Source: Escherichia coli PMV-1
GTDB lineage: Bacteria > Pseudomonadota > Gammaproteobacteria > Enterobacterales > Enterobacteriaceae
Assembly: GCF_000493595.2 (NCBI RefSeq)
Contig: NC_022370.1
Direction: 5' to 3' (one strand)
Length of the DNA: 24,000 nucleotides
A program made the translations under genes and the position numbers. How positions within the stretch are numbered: the first letter of the stretch is position 1; each line of letters starts with the position of its first letter. Below the pieces are notes generated by a model. The model was not told the DNA's origin. It searched no databases and was given only the letters and a program-made list of their open reading frames with translations. Positions 1 to 11,536 of this stretch are shown here, in pieces.

Positions 1-1459
1 TCTCGACGATGGGAGCCGCCTGATACCCGCCGCCCAGCGATTTCATCAACTGAATGCTTTGGATCACCCGGCGGCTGTCCAGCATCAGTAATGACATCTC
101 TTCGGCAAGCACTGGCAACCGGGCTTCGGTGGCCTGTAAGCGGCTGGTTAAGCCGCGCTGATAGGCGGCCTCGGCTGCGCGCTGGGTGAAGCGCGTTGCT
201 TCTACGCGTTCAGCCTGCATCTCTCGCTCGTCGTTGAGCGTTTGCAGACGTGTGCCGTTGACGGCAACGTCACGCACCGCGTTCAGTACTGACTGGTTGT
301 AACGTTCAATCATCATGTTGCTGGCGGCGCGAGTGCCTTCGAGATTGGCATTCAACCGTCCACCGTCAAACAGCGGCAATTTCAGACCCGGGATGAAGTT
401 GAACTGGCGACTGGTTTTTTTGAATAAGGTATCCAGGTGGATGGAGTCCAGACCGAAAAACGCTTTGATATCAAAGCTCGGGTAGAACAGCGCCCGCGCG
501 GAATCCACCTGATCTAATGACGCCTGAACATACCAGCGCATGGCTTGCAGATCCGGGCGTCTGGCGAGCAACTCATAAGAGAGCGTTGCCGGAATGCCGG
601 TCTGTACTCGTGGTAATGCCACCGGTTTGATCTCCGGCATATCGCTGGCTCCCGCGCCAATCAATGCACGCAGAGATTCTCGCGTTTCAGTGATTTGCCC
701 TTTGACGGCAGCAATTTGTTTATCGACCGCCAGAATCTGTGCCCGCGCGCCGTGGAAAGGCACTTGCGCTTCCAGACCGTGCGCCACTTTACTCTGGTGC
801 GCTTTCACCGCGTAATCAATCACATCGCGAGTTTGTTCTAACAGATCGAGCATCTGATAGCTGGCCTGCATACTGTAATAAAGCTGCGCTACGCCCGTGG
901 TCAGCGATAGCTCTACTGCTGCGGTTTCTGCCAGCGCGGCATTATGCGCGCCAATGGCGGCAGCAACCGCTGAGCGATGCACACCCCACAAATCGAGATC
1001 CAGTCCGGCAAACAAACCGACTGTGGCTTCCGTATAGTACGGCCCGTCCATACCCAGTGCTGGCGCATCCATCGCATAAGGGCTTAAAAAGCCGTTCGCC
1101 GAGACGCGTTGGCGGTTGAGCATCCCTAACGCTGCGACCTGTAATTGTGAACCGGCATCTAACAAATCGGCCTGGGACTGCGCTTTTTCTTCCCGCAGTT
1201 TCGCTTCGGCGAGGGTGTGTGAACCACTTAGCGTCCGTTGGATCAGCGCATCCAGCTGCGGGTCATTGAGTTGTTTCCACCACTGCGCCTGCGGCCAGCC
1301 GGAGCTGGCAAGATGAATATCATCGGCCAGTTTGATTTGTTCCGGTTTGAGCTGTTGATGAGGCGCAGAATCCTTACGTACCAGGGCACAGCCGGAAATC
1401 AGCGTCGTGCTGCCGAGAATGCTGCACAACAGCAGACGTGAAAGTTGACGATTGATCAT
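1..1459 (-). CDS. mdtP: Outer-membrane factor lipoprotein of the MdtNOP efflux system (NodT/OMF family). The 3' end is cut by the window edge, with about 486 codons present.
   Basis: My manual reverse-strand translation from the ATG at 1459..1457 gives MINRQLSRLLLCSILGSTTLISGCALV... with a lipobox (LISGC), and it appeared open to position 2, ending ...SLGGGYQAAPIVE. The start overlaps the mdtO stop (ATGA at 1456..1459). It is absent from the ORF track, presumably because its stop lies outside the window. Confidence 0.92.
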   Translation of the reverse strand, partial: MINRQLSRLLLCSILGSTTLISGCALVRKDSAPHQQLKPEQIKLADDIHLASSGWPQAQWWKQLNDPQLDALIQRTLSGSHTLAEAKLREEKAQSQADLLDAGSQLQVAALGMLNRQRVSANGFLSPYAMDAPALGMDGPYYTEATVGLFAGLDLDLWGVHRSAVAAAIGAHNAALAETAAVELSLTTGVAQLYYSMQASYQMLDLLEQTRDVIDYAVKAHQSKVAHGLEAQVPFHGARAQILAVDKQIAAVKGQITETRESLRALIGAGASDMPEIKPVALPRVQTGIPATLSYELLARRPDLQAMRWYVQASLDQVDSARALFYPSFDIKAFFGLDSIHLDTLFKKTSRQFNFIPGLKLPLFDGGRLNANLEGTRAASNMMIERYNQSVLNAVRDVAVNGTRLQTLNDEREMQAERVEATRFTQRAAEAAYQRGLTSRLQATEARLPVLAEEMSLLMLDSRRVIQSIQLMKSLGGGYQAAPIVE

Positions 1460-3507
1460 TGCGTGGCTCCTTGTGCCTGTTCCGTGGCGGGCGTTAATGC
1501 CGGAGCTGTCCAGTCTGGCAAGCGGGCGAAAAGCTGGCAGACGTGTTGCTCCTGTTTTAATAAGGTGGGCAGGATGGCCTGCGAGGCGGGTGTTTCTTCA
1601 AGCGTTATTTGAGGAGAACGGCTGAGTGCGGTTGCCAGACCGGCAGCGTATTTCTCCAGGGCGTCGGCAAACTGACCTGCTCTGTCCGGCTGTAGTGCGT
1701 TATCCAGCGCCTGCGCCGAGTTCCAGGTGGCATCCCAGGCGTGAAGAATATCGCGGCCCTGACGAATAACCGTTTGCGAACGTTCAATCAGTAATGCGCG
1801 TTCTTCGCTGTCCAGTTGACGCTCCAGCACCACGCGTTGGCACATCTCTTCACAGGCATTAAACGCCGCATGCAGACCTATGCGAATTTGCAGATAAGTG
1901 CGCAGAGCCGTGACTTCCTGCTGGCGTGGGATCCGCATTACTTTACTCAACATACCCAGCGCGCCAGCCAGTTTTTGCGGCAGCGTGCGTGCTTCGCTTT
2001 CAGGCCAGACAAAGGTGTAAATCACCGCGGACACCACGGTACCAATGATGATACCCAGAGCGCGATCGCGAATTTCCACCAGGTCGTACACCGGGCCAAA
2101 AACGTTTTCGAGCGTGGCGAGCGCGAAGGTGACCACCATCTGTGTGCCGATATAAGAAGAGCGTTCAGAGCTGGTGGCAATCCATGCGCCCAACAGGAAA
2201 ATCGGTGCCAGCACAAACAGCAATTCGACAATATTGTCCAGCCAGGGCATGACCAGTAGCGTGAATAACAGTGCCAGAATCGCGCCGCAAAAGGCCCCAC
2301 CAAAACGCAGCACCATCTTCTGGTACGACGAACCGACATTTGGATTAGCGACGATCACGCAGGTCAGCATACAGGTGTGAATGCCTTCCCAGTCCACGCC
2401 GCTGTAGAAGGTGTAACAGATCAAACAGGCGAGCAGCGTTTTTACCGCGTAGCGCATATAGTCTGGATTGGTAAAAGCATCGGCGACCATTGATGGCGGT
2501 TTGGCTGCGGGCGTTGGCGGCGTATTCGGGTCCATCTGACCAAGCTGTAACAGCGTCTGGCAGATATTCTCCAGGTTACATTCCCGTGCCGCCATCGCTT
2601 CACTTTCACTGATCCGCCAGTCGCTTTGCCAGCACTGACCTTCGGCAATGGTATGTTGCAGCTTGTTGATTTCTGAGACTAATTTTTGCCGAAATTCAAT
2701 AATTGCCTGAGAATCAGCAAAAGAGGTGGGATCGTAGCGATTCAGCGTCGAGTAAATGTAGGTTACCGTTGCCACGCAGCTTTGCCACCATGCGCTCTGG
2801 GTTCGCCAGTTGGCATCATCCGCGAGGCAAAAGACATTGAGTTTTTGCAGCGCCAGCGCCTCTCTTTCAATCCGCGTTTCGGGTAGCGGTGCGAGGCTGT
2901 CCGTCAGGTGGCTAATGGCATCATCAAGCCGATCATTAAGCGCCTGATGCATCTGCGTAATGGCACGACTGGGAAACCACAGCACGCCGATTAACGTCAT
3001 CAGCAAGGTTGGATAGAGGCCAACAACGATACACCACAGCGTTAAGCGCACGACCACTTCCGGATAGTCGAGCATGGCGGGGAAGGTTTGCCCGTAAATA
3101 GCGACAATGGCGACGGCGAAAAAGACCAGTCCCAGCCGATGGGTGCGCATCAAAAACATGCAGCCCATCAGGATCGGCCCGGCGATGATCAATCGGATCA
3201 ACGGTTCGCCATATGACCATTTGTAGATCAAAAACAGGCTGCCGATCTCCAGCACCGTGGCAACCACAAACAAGATCGCGACAAATTTGGTGTAAAACGC
3301 GTTCGACTGAATACCGTAAAACAGCACTGCCAGTGATAACGCCACAAAAGGGATCTCAAAAGTCATCGAGATCAGAATCACCAGCAGGCAGCCTACCCAG
3401 AGTTGCATAGTCTGTGGCACGCGCCCTGGTCGCCGCTCGCTTAACTCTTCATGAAAGAACGCCAGCAGCCTGACCACCGGTAATGGCAGGGAGTTGAGCG
3501 CGCTCAT
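1456..3507 (-). CDS. mdtO: Inner-membrane efflux component of MdtNOP (FUSC / aromatic-acid exporter PET family, AaeB-like), 683 aa
   Basis: The 683-aa track ORF has multiple hydrophobic helices in two clusters separated by a soluble domain. The sequence and length match my memory of MdtO (YjcQ). It is translationally coupled on both sides. Confidence 0.94.
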   Translation of the reverse strand: MSALNSLPLPVVRLLAFFHEELSERRPGRVPQTMQLWVGCLLVILISMTFEIPFVALSLAVLFYGIQSNAFYTKFVAILFVVATVLEIGSLFLIYKWSYGEPLIRLIIAGPILMGCMFLMRTHRLGLVFFAVAIVAIYGQTFPAMLDYPEVVVRLTLWCIVVGLYPTLLMTLIGVLWFPSRAITQMHQALNDRLDDAISHLTDSLAPLPETRIEREALALQKLNVFCLADDANWRTQSAWWQSCVATVTYIYSTLNRYDPTSFADSQAIIEFRQKLVSEINKLQHTIAEGQCWQSDWRISESEAMAARECNLENICQTLLQLGQMDPNTPPTPAAKPPSMVADAFTNPDYMRYAVKTLLACLICYTFYSGVDWEGIHTCMLTCVIVANPNVGSSYQKMVLRFGGAFCGAILALLFTLLVMPWLDNIVELLFVLAPIFLLGAWIATSSERSSYIGTQMVVTFALATLENVFGPVYDLVEIRDRALGIIIGTVVSAVIYTFVWPESEARTLPQKLAGALGMLSKVMRIPRQQEVTALRTYLQIRIGLHAAFNACEEMCQRVVLERQLDSEERALLIERSQTVIRQGRDILHAWDATWNSAQALDNALQPDRAGQFADALEKYAAGLATALSRSPQITLEETPASQAILPTLLKQEQHVCQLFARLPDWTAPALTPATEQAQGATQ

Positions 3508-4538
3508 TATTGTGGCTCAAGATTAGCGACTGCCGAAGCGCCGATGCGGAACATTTCCGGGTCAGGTTTATCAACCATGATTTTGACCGGAAAACGCTGG
3601 GCAACGCGGACCCAGTTAATAGACCGTGACACTTTCGGCAGGCCGCCCAGCACCAGGCCGCCGTCATCCGGTAGCACGCCGTAGCCAATCGAATCCACTT
3701 TACCCTCGAAGGTTTTGCCGCTGTCGCTCATCAGGCGAATGGTTGCGAGTGTACCCGAGCGAATATTTTTCAGATCAGTTTCGCGGAAGTTGGCAATCAC
3801 GTACCAGTGACGAGTGTCGATTAGAGTGAAAATAGGGCGCATCGCAGATGCAAACTGCCCGACGGAGGTTTTGAGGGAAATGACCCGGCCATCAAACGGC
3901 GCGCGAACGGTCGCCATTTCCAGATGCAGTTTCGTCAACGCAATATCCGCTTCGACTGCCGCACGTTGCGCCACCAGCGCATCCACGCCGCTGACGGAGC
4001 TGGCGGCTGACTGCGCCTGCAACAATACGGCATTAAGGTCCGCTTCTGCCGCACGCTGTGCGGTTCTTGCACGGTCAACCTCTTCCGCAGAAACAAAACC
4101 TTCTCGCAGTAGCGGTTCGGTACGGCGTAACGTATCGCTGGCTTGTTTCGCGGCGGCACGGGCTTTTTCTACCGTGGCATTAACCGAGTCGGCACCAAAC
4201 TGTTGTGCGTCAACGCTACGCTGGGTGAGCATAATTTGCTTATCCAGCGCCGCGAGGGAGGCTTCAGCTTTCGCCAGATTGGCTTCGTACGGGCGCGGGT
4301 CAATGCGGAACAGCAAATCGCCCTGTTTCACCGCCTGGTTGTCGGTGACCGCCAGTTCTACAATGCGACCGCTGACTTCCGGCACCACATCAATGGTATC
4401 TGCTGACGCGTAAGCGTCATTAGTTGATGGCGCACTGTCTACGCGCCAGATAACGAAAACAAGGGCAACCAGCGCCAACGCAACCACTAACAGAGCAGGG
4501 AATTTACTGCGAGGAGCTTTTTTCGGCGTACTTTCCAT
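3507..4538 (-). CDS. mdtN: Membrane-fusion (periplasmic adaptor, HlyD family) subunit of MdtNOP, 343 aa
   Basis: The 343-aa ORF has an N-terminal membrane anchor (FPALLVVALALVALVFVIW) followed by coiled-coil and beta-barrel HlyD-like sequence. Its TAA stop shares 1 nt with the mdtO ATG (TAATG). Confidence 0.94.
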   Translation of the reverse strand: MESTPKKAPRSKFPALLVVALALVALVFVIWRVDSAPSTNDAYASADTIDVVPEVSGRIVELAVTDNQAVKQGDLLFRIDPRPYEANLAKAEASLAALDKQIMLTQRSVDAQQFGADSVNATVEKARAAAKQASDTLRRTEPLLREGFVSAEEVDRARTAQRAAEADLNAVLLQAQSAASSVSGVDALVAQRAAVEADIALTKLHLEMATVRAPFDGRVISLKTSVGQFASAMRPIFTLIDTRHWYVIANFRETDLKNIRSGTLATIRLMSDSGKTFEGKVDSIGYGVLPDDGGLVLGGLPKVSRSINWVRVAQRFPVKIMVDKPDPEMFRIGASAVANLEPQ

Positions 4539-4556
4539 GAGCGCGTCTCAAATAGA

Positions 4557-4832
4557 TTAGAAAAATGCCAGCCAGAACAGCATGGCGTAGAGAGCAAAAA
4601 GGGCGGTATAAATAATTCCGACAAATGCCAGATTGATATTTGTCCGCTGAATAATTCGCCTCGTGATGAGCGTCAAAATAAGGCTGGCAATAGCGCAGAA
4701 AAACCAGCCGGGATAATAAGCGCCGATCACCGGGATTGCCGGAGATAATGAGCATCCCGAAACCATGAAGACGGGAATTATCCAGGCTGTTTTTTTGAGT
4801 TGCATCGCCATGCGAGAGAGAACTGTTGGCAT
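4557..4832 (-). CDS. ytcA: Small membrane or lipoprotein of unknown function, first gene of the ytcA-mdtNOP cluster, 91 aa
   Basis: The track ORF 4557..4880 contains the internal start MPTVLSRMAMQLKKTAWIIPVFMVSGCSLS..., which gives 91 aa, the YtcA length as I recall it. It has a lipobox-like VSGC and two further hydrophobic helices. The start choice rests on that recalled length and not on a clear SD. Confidence 0.75.
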   Translation of the reverse strand: MPTVLSRMAMQLKKTAWIIPVFMVSGCSLSPAIPVIGAYYPGWFFCAIASLILTLITRRIIQRTNINLAFVGIIYTALFALYAMLFWLAFF

Positions 4833-5003
4833 ATTAAATACATCCTGTCTGCTGCGAACAATATCTGTAGTGAATATCAATATCCATTGAAGGCGTCAGT
4901 ATGGCTATTTTCTCGATGAATAAAAATAGCTTTATTCAGCCACCGCATTCATAACTTATATATTTTATTTATTAATTGGCTGTATATATTTTTAAAGCAA
5001 ATG

Positions 5004-5030
5004 CTTTGGGGGCTTCAGCGCCCCCAAAAG
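5004..5030 (-). terminator. Probable terminator hairpin downstream of yjcS
   Basis: The sequence CTTTGGGGGC-ttcagc-GCCCCCAAAAG forms a 9-bp GC-rich stem with a 6-nt loop, beginning about 10 nt after the yjcS stop. On the minus strand it is followed by AGCATTTGCTTT, which is only moderately U-rich. Confidence 0.5.
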
Positions 5031-5039
5031 CGAGTGACA

Positions 5040-7025
5040 TTAATTTGGGGTTACGATATTCACCCACAAATCGAAATTATCCAGACAGGCGATAATTTCT
5101 TCCAGTTTCGCGCCATTGCCAATAATTTTGGCTTTCTTCGCTTTCACCTGATCGGCCATTTTTGCCTGTCCGGTCAGCACGGCGTGCAGATCTTCACGGC
5201 TGATGTAGAAAGAGGCGTCAGCTTGCGGTTGCAGTGTTTTACGGTAGTTAAGCACGCTATCGTTCAGCGTCAGGTTGAGGTTATCGCCGTTGCTCATATT
5301 GAAGTTCAGGCTGATATTTTTACCCGCGGCTTTCACGCTATCGAGGCGAACGGACATAAAGTCGAACAGCATTTCGACCGACATCCCGCGAATGGTGTCC
5401 GGGGAACCGGTGGTGCCGTGGCTGAACTTATGCACCCCTTCGCGCAGCTCTTTCGCGCCGGTCAGGTAGAAACCGCGCCAGGTGGCGGACTCGGCCTGAT
5501 AGCCCAGCTGTTCAAAATTATTCGCTTGCAGATTCTTCGCGACCTGGTCACCCGGGTTGGCGGCAATCACCTGTTTCAGCAGTTCTGCCGACCAGCGATA
5601 ATCACCTTGCTTGTTCGCTTCTTGCGCCAGGTTGATGACGCGGGCAGAACCGCCCAGCGCCTGCACGTAACGTTTACCCATCTCCACCTGACCATACGGA
5701 TGCAGGTTAGCCGGGTTACCGTCGTAATAGCCAAGATAGAAGTTATACACCGCGCGGGCGTTGTGGCTGACAGAACCGTAATAGCCGCGGCTGGCCCAGT
5801 TATTGGCAAGCGCAGGCGGCAGCTTAATCATGTCGCCGATTTCATTCATGGTGTAGCCCTGGTTCGCCAGGTGCAGGGTCTGGTCGTGAATGTACTTGAT
5901 AGTATCGCGATATTTACCAATATAATCATTGATATGCTTATTGCCCCAGACCGGCCAGGTGTGCGGCATAAACAGCACTTCCGCGTCGTTACCCCACATA
6001 TCCAACGTTTCGTTCAGATACTCGGTCCACTTGCTGGTGTCGCGGGTTTTCGCGCCGCGCAGGGTGTAGAAGTTGTGCAGGGTATGCGTGGCATTCTCGG
6101 CGGTACACAGGGCTTTCAGGGCCGGAATATAGAAGTGCATTTCCGCTGGCGCTTCGCTACCTGGGGTCATCAGGAAGTCAAACTCCAGGCCGTCGATAAT
6201 CATCTTCTCGCCAGTTCTCACGATAGTTTTAGTCGGTGCAATAATGCTTGGGTCGCCGGTTGCCAGCGTCACGCCGAGGCCGTTGCCCACGTTGCCTTGC
6301 GCGTTGTGCGGCAGTAACAGACCGTAAGAGTAGAGCGCACGGCGGCTCATGATGTTACCCGCCAGCACGTTTTCGCTGATGGCTTCGTCCATAAAGCCAG
6401 CTGGAGCAATCACCTGAACTTTGCCGGATTTAACATCGGCTTCAGAGATAATACCTTTCACGCCGCCGTAGTGGTCGGCGTGGCTGTGAGTGTAGATAAC
6501 GGCAACAATCGGTTTTTGCGGACGATGCTGGAAGTAAAGGTCAAGTGCGGCTTTTGCGGCAGGTGGCGTCACCAGTGGGTCAATAACAATAATGCCTTTC
6601 TCGCCCTCAACGAACGTAATGTTAGAGATATCCTGGCCGCGCACCTGATACATTTTATCGGTGACTTTGAACAGGCCAGAAATGCCGTTGATCTGCGACT
6701 GACGCCACAGGCTGGGGTTTACGGTTTCCGGCGCAGCGGCATTAATATCAAATTTGTAATCATTCGCGCGGTAGTAAATTTTACCGTTCGCATCACGCAG
6801 AATACCTTCATCCAGCAGCGGAGCGATAAATCCACGCTGAGCATCGTCAAAATCCTGGCGATCGCCAAACGGTAATGATTTGGCGTAATTCTGATTAACC
6901 TGTTGGGTATATTGAGTGGCGGCTTTCGCCTCATCTGTTGCGTAAGCGGTATTTATCATCATGCCGCTGGCGGCAGTGAACGCAATAACAATCCTGCTCA
7001 AACGGAATAACCGAGAGTTATTCAT
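5040..7025 (-). CDS. yjcS: Secreted linear primary-alkylsulfatase (type III sulfatase, metallo-beta-lactamase fold with SCP2-like C-terminal domain), 661 aa
   Basis: The signal peptide is [32 protein letters not shown] and the MBL zinc motif is HSHADHYGG. Length and sequence match my memory of YjcS. A GGAG sits 6 nt upstream of the second ATG (7025), which favours it over the track start at 7037. Confidence 0.92.
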   Translation of the reverse strand: MNNSRLFRLSRIVIAFTAASGMMINTAYATDEAKAATQYTQQVNQNYAKSLPFGDRQDFDDAQRGFIAPLLDEGILRDANGKIYYRANDYKFDINAAAPETVNPSLWRQSQINGISGLFKVTDKMYQVRGQDISNITFVEGEKGIIVIDPLVTPPAAKAALDLYFQHRPQKPIVAVIYTHSHADHYGGVKGIISEADVKSGKVQVIAPAGFMDEAISENVLAGNIMSRRALYSYGLLLPHNAQGNVGNGLGVTLATGDPSIIAPTKTIVRTGEKMIIDGLEFDFLMTPGSEAPAEMHFYIPALKALCTAENATHTLHNFYTLRGAKTRDTSKWTEYLNETLDMWGNDAEVLFMPHTWPVWGNKHINDYIGKYRDTIKYIHDQTLHLANQGYTMNEIGDMIKLPPALANNWASRGYYGSVSHNARAVYNFYLGYYDGNPANLHPYGQVEMGKRYVQALGGSARVINLAQEANKQGDYRWSAELLKQVIAANPGDQVAKNLQANNFEQLGYQAESATWRGFYLTGAKELREGVHKFSHGTTGSPDTIRGMSVEMLFDFMSVRLDSVKAAGKNISLNFNMSNGDNLNLTLNDSVLNYRKTLQPQADASFYISREDLHAVLTGQAKMADQVKAKKAKIIGNGAKLEEIIACLDNFDLWVNIVTPN

Positions 7026-7257
7026 ATAAATCTCCATTTATCATTTATGTCGTAAATATGTAATCCATGCAAAATACGTCATTTAAAGCTGGCGTTATCA
7101 TAATTCTGAAATTGCGACTTTAATAAGTGGAAGTGTGAGCGGAACGAGCCATTTTATTAGGCATTTGTGCTGAAGAGGGAAAATTACAGTAGAACTATCA
7201 TTGCTGGGAATAATATGGGCTGTTTTATGTAATTATTATATATATATTGTACCTGTC

Positions 7258-7292
7258 GTTGGCACAGCGGGACATTGCGCTACTGTGCCAAC
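7258..7292 (-). terminator. Stem-loop immediately downstream of alsK, a possible operon-end terminator or RNA-stability hairpin
   Basis: GTTGGCACAG-(15 nt)-CTGTGCCAAC forms a perfect 10-bp stem that starts 8 nt after the alsK TGA. No U-tract follows on the minus strand, so it is not a canonical intrinsic terminator. Confidence 0.35.
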
Positions 7293-7299
7293 GCTTTAC

Positions 7300-8908
<1,609 letters not shown>

Positions 8909-8918
8909 GTTCAATTCC

Positions 8919-9899
8919 TTACTTACTGATAAGACGGTCAAGGGCGACAGCCGCGATAATTAATCCGCCCATCACCACCAGTTGGTAATAGGTTTGTACC
9001 TGCAAAATATTCAGACCGTTGTTGATGGTGCCGATGATCAACCCGCCAATCACCACAGAGAAAATGCGCCCCTTGCCGCCGAAGAAACTGGTGCCGCCAA
9101 TGATGGCGCTGGCAATGGCATAGGTTTCAAAACCCATACCGGCAAGCGGTTCTGCGGCACCGAGTCGTGCAGTTGAGACGACGCCTGCCAGACCTGCACA
9201 AACACCGGAGATGATAAACACCACCAGGATGTGGAATTTCACGTCAATCCCGGAATAGAACGCCGAGTTTTTGTTGCCGCCCAGTGCGTAGATGTTGCGC
9301 CCGAGCCGCATACGCGTTGTCAGAAACCAAAGGATGAGCGCGACAATTAGCGAGAAGATAACGGGGACAGGTATCCCAATTACGCTGGCGGCAAAGAAGT
9401 TCACGAAGTCAAATGAGAAGCCGTATACCGAGTTGGCATCGGAGATCACCAGCGTGATCCCACGGAAAATAGCGTTGGTGCCAAGGGTGATAATGAACGG
9501 GTGTAGTCCCGTCCAGTTGACCAGGCAGCCGTTGATCGCCCCCAGTGCGCCGCCAACCAGTACACCGCCAATTAGCGCCGCGAGAAACGGATCAATACCT
9601 GCCAACATCAGTTTAGCGGTCACCATACCGGAAAGCGCCAGAATCGCGCCAACCTAAAGGTCGATACCGGCGACCAGGATAGCGAAGAATTCCCCCATGC
9701 CGATCAGTACCGTCACGGAGCTTTGCACAAAAATCTGGGTAATATTATTGGTGGTCAGAAAATATTCTGACGACAGCGAACCAAAAATGGCGACGATGAT
9801 CGCCAGGATAAAAAAGGTGCCGTATTTATCCCAGAACAGCGCAAAGTTGAACGGTTTCTTCTCGCTCGCTTCGCTTTTTACTCGTGTGGTAAAGCCCAT
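8919..9899 (-). pseudogene. alsC: D-allose ABC transporter permease interrupted by an in-frame amber codon (TAG at 9654..9656, codon 82 of 326)
   Basis: The two track ORFs (9654..9899, 81 aa; 8919..9626, 235 aa) are in the same frame. Translation across the junction reads ...FFAILVAGIDL*VGAILALSGMVTAKLML.... The whole 981-nt frame is 326 codons plus a stop, which is the AlsC length as I recall it. The stop replaces the residue inside the conserved GIDLSVG motif of ribose-type permeases. Confidence 0.9.
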
Positions 9900-11410
9900 G
9901 CCATAATCTCCTCTTCGCTCATGTCATCGCGATTGGTCAGGATTTGCGTCAGTCGTCCTTCGCAGAACACGGCGATGCGGTCGCAGACGGTGATAATTTC
10001 AGGTAGTTCAGATGACACCATCAGGATGACTTTTCCGTCGTCCGCCAGTTGGCGCATCACTTTGTAAATTTCGGCTTTCGCGCCAACATCGATGCCACGG
10101 GTAGGTTCATCGAAAATGATCACTTCCGGGCGACAGCACAGCCATTTGGAGATCAGGACTTTCTGCTGGTTACCGCCGGAGAGTTCAGTGATGTTCTGGT
10201 TTACCGAATGACATTTCAGCGCCAGCAGTTCGCGTTGATTTTCAGCGGTACGTTGCTCGTCAACTTCATGAAACAACCCCATCGCGCCTTTATAGCCGCC
10301 GTCTTTCAGACTGCAGCTGATAGCCATGTTCTGAGCGATAGAAAAGTTGGGGAAAAAGCCGTTATCCCGGCGGCTTTCAGTGATGTAAGCCATCCCTTTT
10401 TTCACGGCATCCAGGGGAGAACGTGGAGAGATATCTTTGCCATTAAGACGGATTTCTCCGCCAGCGCGTTTATCAACGCCAAACAGGCAGTTCATCAGTT
10501 CAGTACGTCCGGAACCGACCAGTCCGGCAAAGCCTAATATTTCTCCCCGGCAGACGCTAAATGAGATATCCCGGACCTTTTTTCTGTCACGGCTGGTGAC
10601 GTTGCGCACCTCAAAAACCGTATCGTGCGCAAGGTTGCTGACATTCTCCTTCATCGCGTTAAAACGGTTTTGCAATTCGCGGCCTACCATCAGACGGACG
10701 ATATCGTCATTTGACACATCGCTCACCATGCCGCTGCAAACGCTGCTGCCGTCTTTCATCACCGTATAGCGGTCGCAAATACGGCGAATTTCCGCCAATT
10801 TATGCGAGATATAGACGATGGCCGTACCCTCCTTACGCAACTGATTCATGATCAGAAACAGATAGTCCACCTCTTTATTGGTGAGTGAGGAGGTGGGTTC
10901 ATCCATGATGATGACTTTGGCATCGAGCATCAGCGTTTTGGCAATTTCCAGCATCTGCTTGTGGCTGATAGATAAATTCGCCACTTTCTCATCTAAATCA
11001 ACTTTCAAGCCCACGCGTAATAACATCATGGCGGCGCGGACACGCATTTCTCGCCAGTCGATAATATTGACGCCACAGATTTTTTTCGTCAGATGACGAC
11101 CAATATATAAATTTTCCAGTACGGTTAATTCATCAATAACGCTGAGTTCCTGATAAATAATCCCGATACCGAGTTGTGCCGCTAATTTATGATCCAGTTT
11201 GTTATAGTTAATGTTATTAATGGTAATGGTGCCTTTGGTCGGCTCATGTATCCCGGATAACACTTTCATTAGCGTAGATTTACCCGCACCATTTTCTCCT
11301 AGTAATGCATGTATTTCACCAGGATAAACCGTTAAATTAACCGACTTTAATGCGTGAACCGGACCAAAGGACTTGCCGATCCCCGCCATCGATATATATG
11401 GCGTGGCCAT
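9878..11410 (-). CDS. alsA: D-allose ABC transporter ATP-binding protein (duplicated ABC ATPase, RbsA-like), 510 aa
   Basis: The Walker A motif is GENGAGKST, the second-half P-loop is GLVGSGRTE, the signature is LSGGNQQK and Walker B is IIMDEPT/IIFDEPT. The 3' end overlaps the alsC start by 22 nt. Confidence 0.95.
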   Translation of the reverse strand: MATPYISMAGIGKSFGPVHALKSVNLTVYPGEIHALLGENGAGKSTLMKVLSGIHEPTKGTITINNINYNKLDHKLAAQLGIGIIYQELSVIDELTVLENLYIGRHLTKKICGVNIIDWREMRVRAAMMLLRVGLKVDLDEKVANLSISHKQMLEIAKTLMLDAKVIIMDEPTSSLTNKEVDYLFLIMNQLRKEGTAIVYISHKLAEIRRICDRYTVMKDGSSVCSGMVSDVSNDDIVRLMVGRELQNRFNAMKENVSNLAHDTVFEVRNVTSRDRKKVRDISFSVCRGEILGFAGLVGSGRTELMNCLFGVDKRAGGEIRLNGKDISPRSPLDAVKKGMAYITESRRDNGFFPNFSIAQNMAISCSLKDGGYKGAMGLFHEVDEQRTAENQRELLALKCHSVNQNITELSGGNQQKVLISKWLCCRPEVIIFDEPTRGIDVGAKAEIYKVMRQLADDGKVILMVSSELPEIITVCDRIAVFCEGRLTQILTNRDDMSEEEIMAWALPHE

Positions 11411-11442
11411 AAATAACCTCTCTGCACGAAATATCGTATTAT

Positions 11443-11529
11443 TGCCTGATGGCTACGTTTATCAGGTCTACGTTCAGGTTATTTTGTTGGCCGGATAAGA
11501 CACTTCATTAGCATCATCATCCGGCATCA
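11443..11529. repeat. REP-type (BIME-like) palindromic units in the alsB-alsA spacer
   Basis: TGCCTGATGGCTACGTTTATCAGGTCTAC and GTTGGCCGGATAAGACACTTCATTAGCATCATCATCCGGCATCA carry the typical REP arms (GCCTGATG...ATCAGG.CTAC and GCCGGATAAG...CATCCGGCA). Confidence 0.7.
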
Positions 11530-11536
11530 TTCAGTT

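Noticed and set aside
5001-6317. A 438-aa + strand ORF, the second-longest ORF in this part of the window, which could be mistaken for a novel gene
   Set aside because: It lies entirely antisense to yjcS, whose product has a signal peptide, an MBL zinc motif and the full expected length. The antisense translation is low-complexity and rich in R, V, Q and H, with no recognisable motif and no SD context. This is a typical shadow ORF opposite a real gene.
7233-7250. A short (TA)n/AT microsatellite-like run (ATTATATATATATATTGTA) in the yjcS-alsK spacer
   Set aside because: It is too short (about 6 TA units) to call a repeat feature, and it is probably just AT-rich promoter-proximal DNA of yjcS.
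9624-9626. The idea that alsC is genuinely two genes, an 81-aa peptide plus a 235-aa permease starting at Met 9626
   Set aside because: Both pieces are in one frame, separated by a single TAG and 9 sense codons. The combined length equals the normal 326-aa permease, and the split falls inside a conserved transmembrane motif. A nonsense mutation is the simpler explanation.
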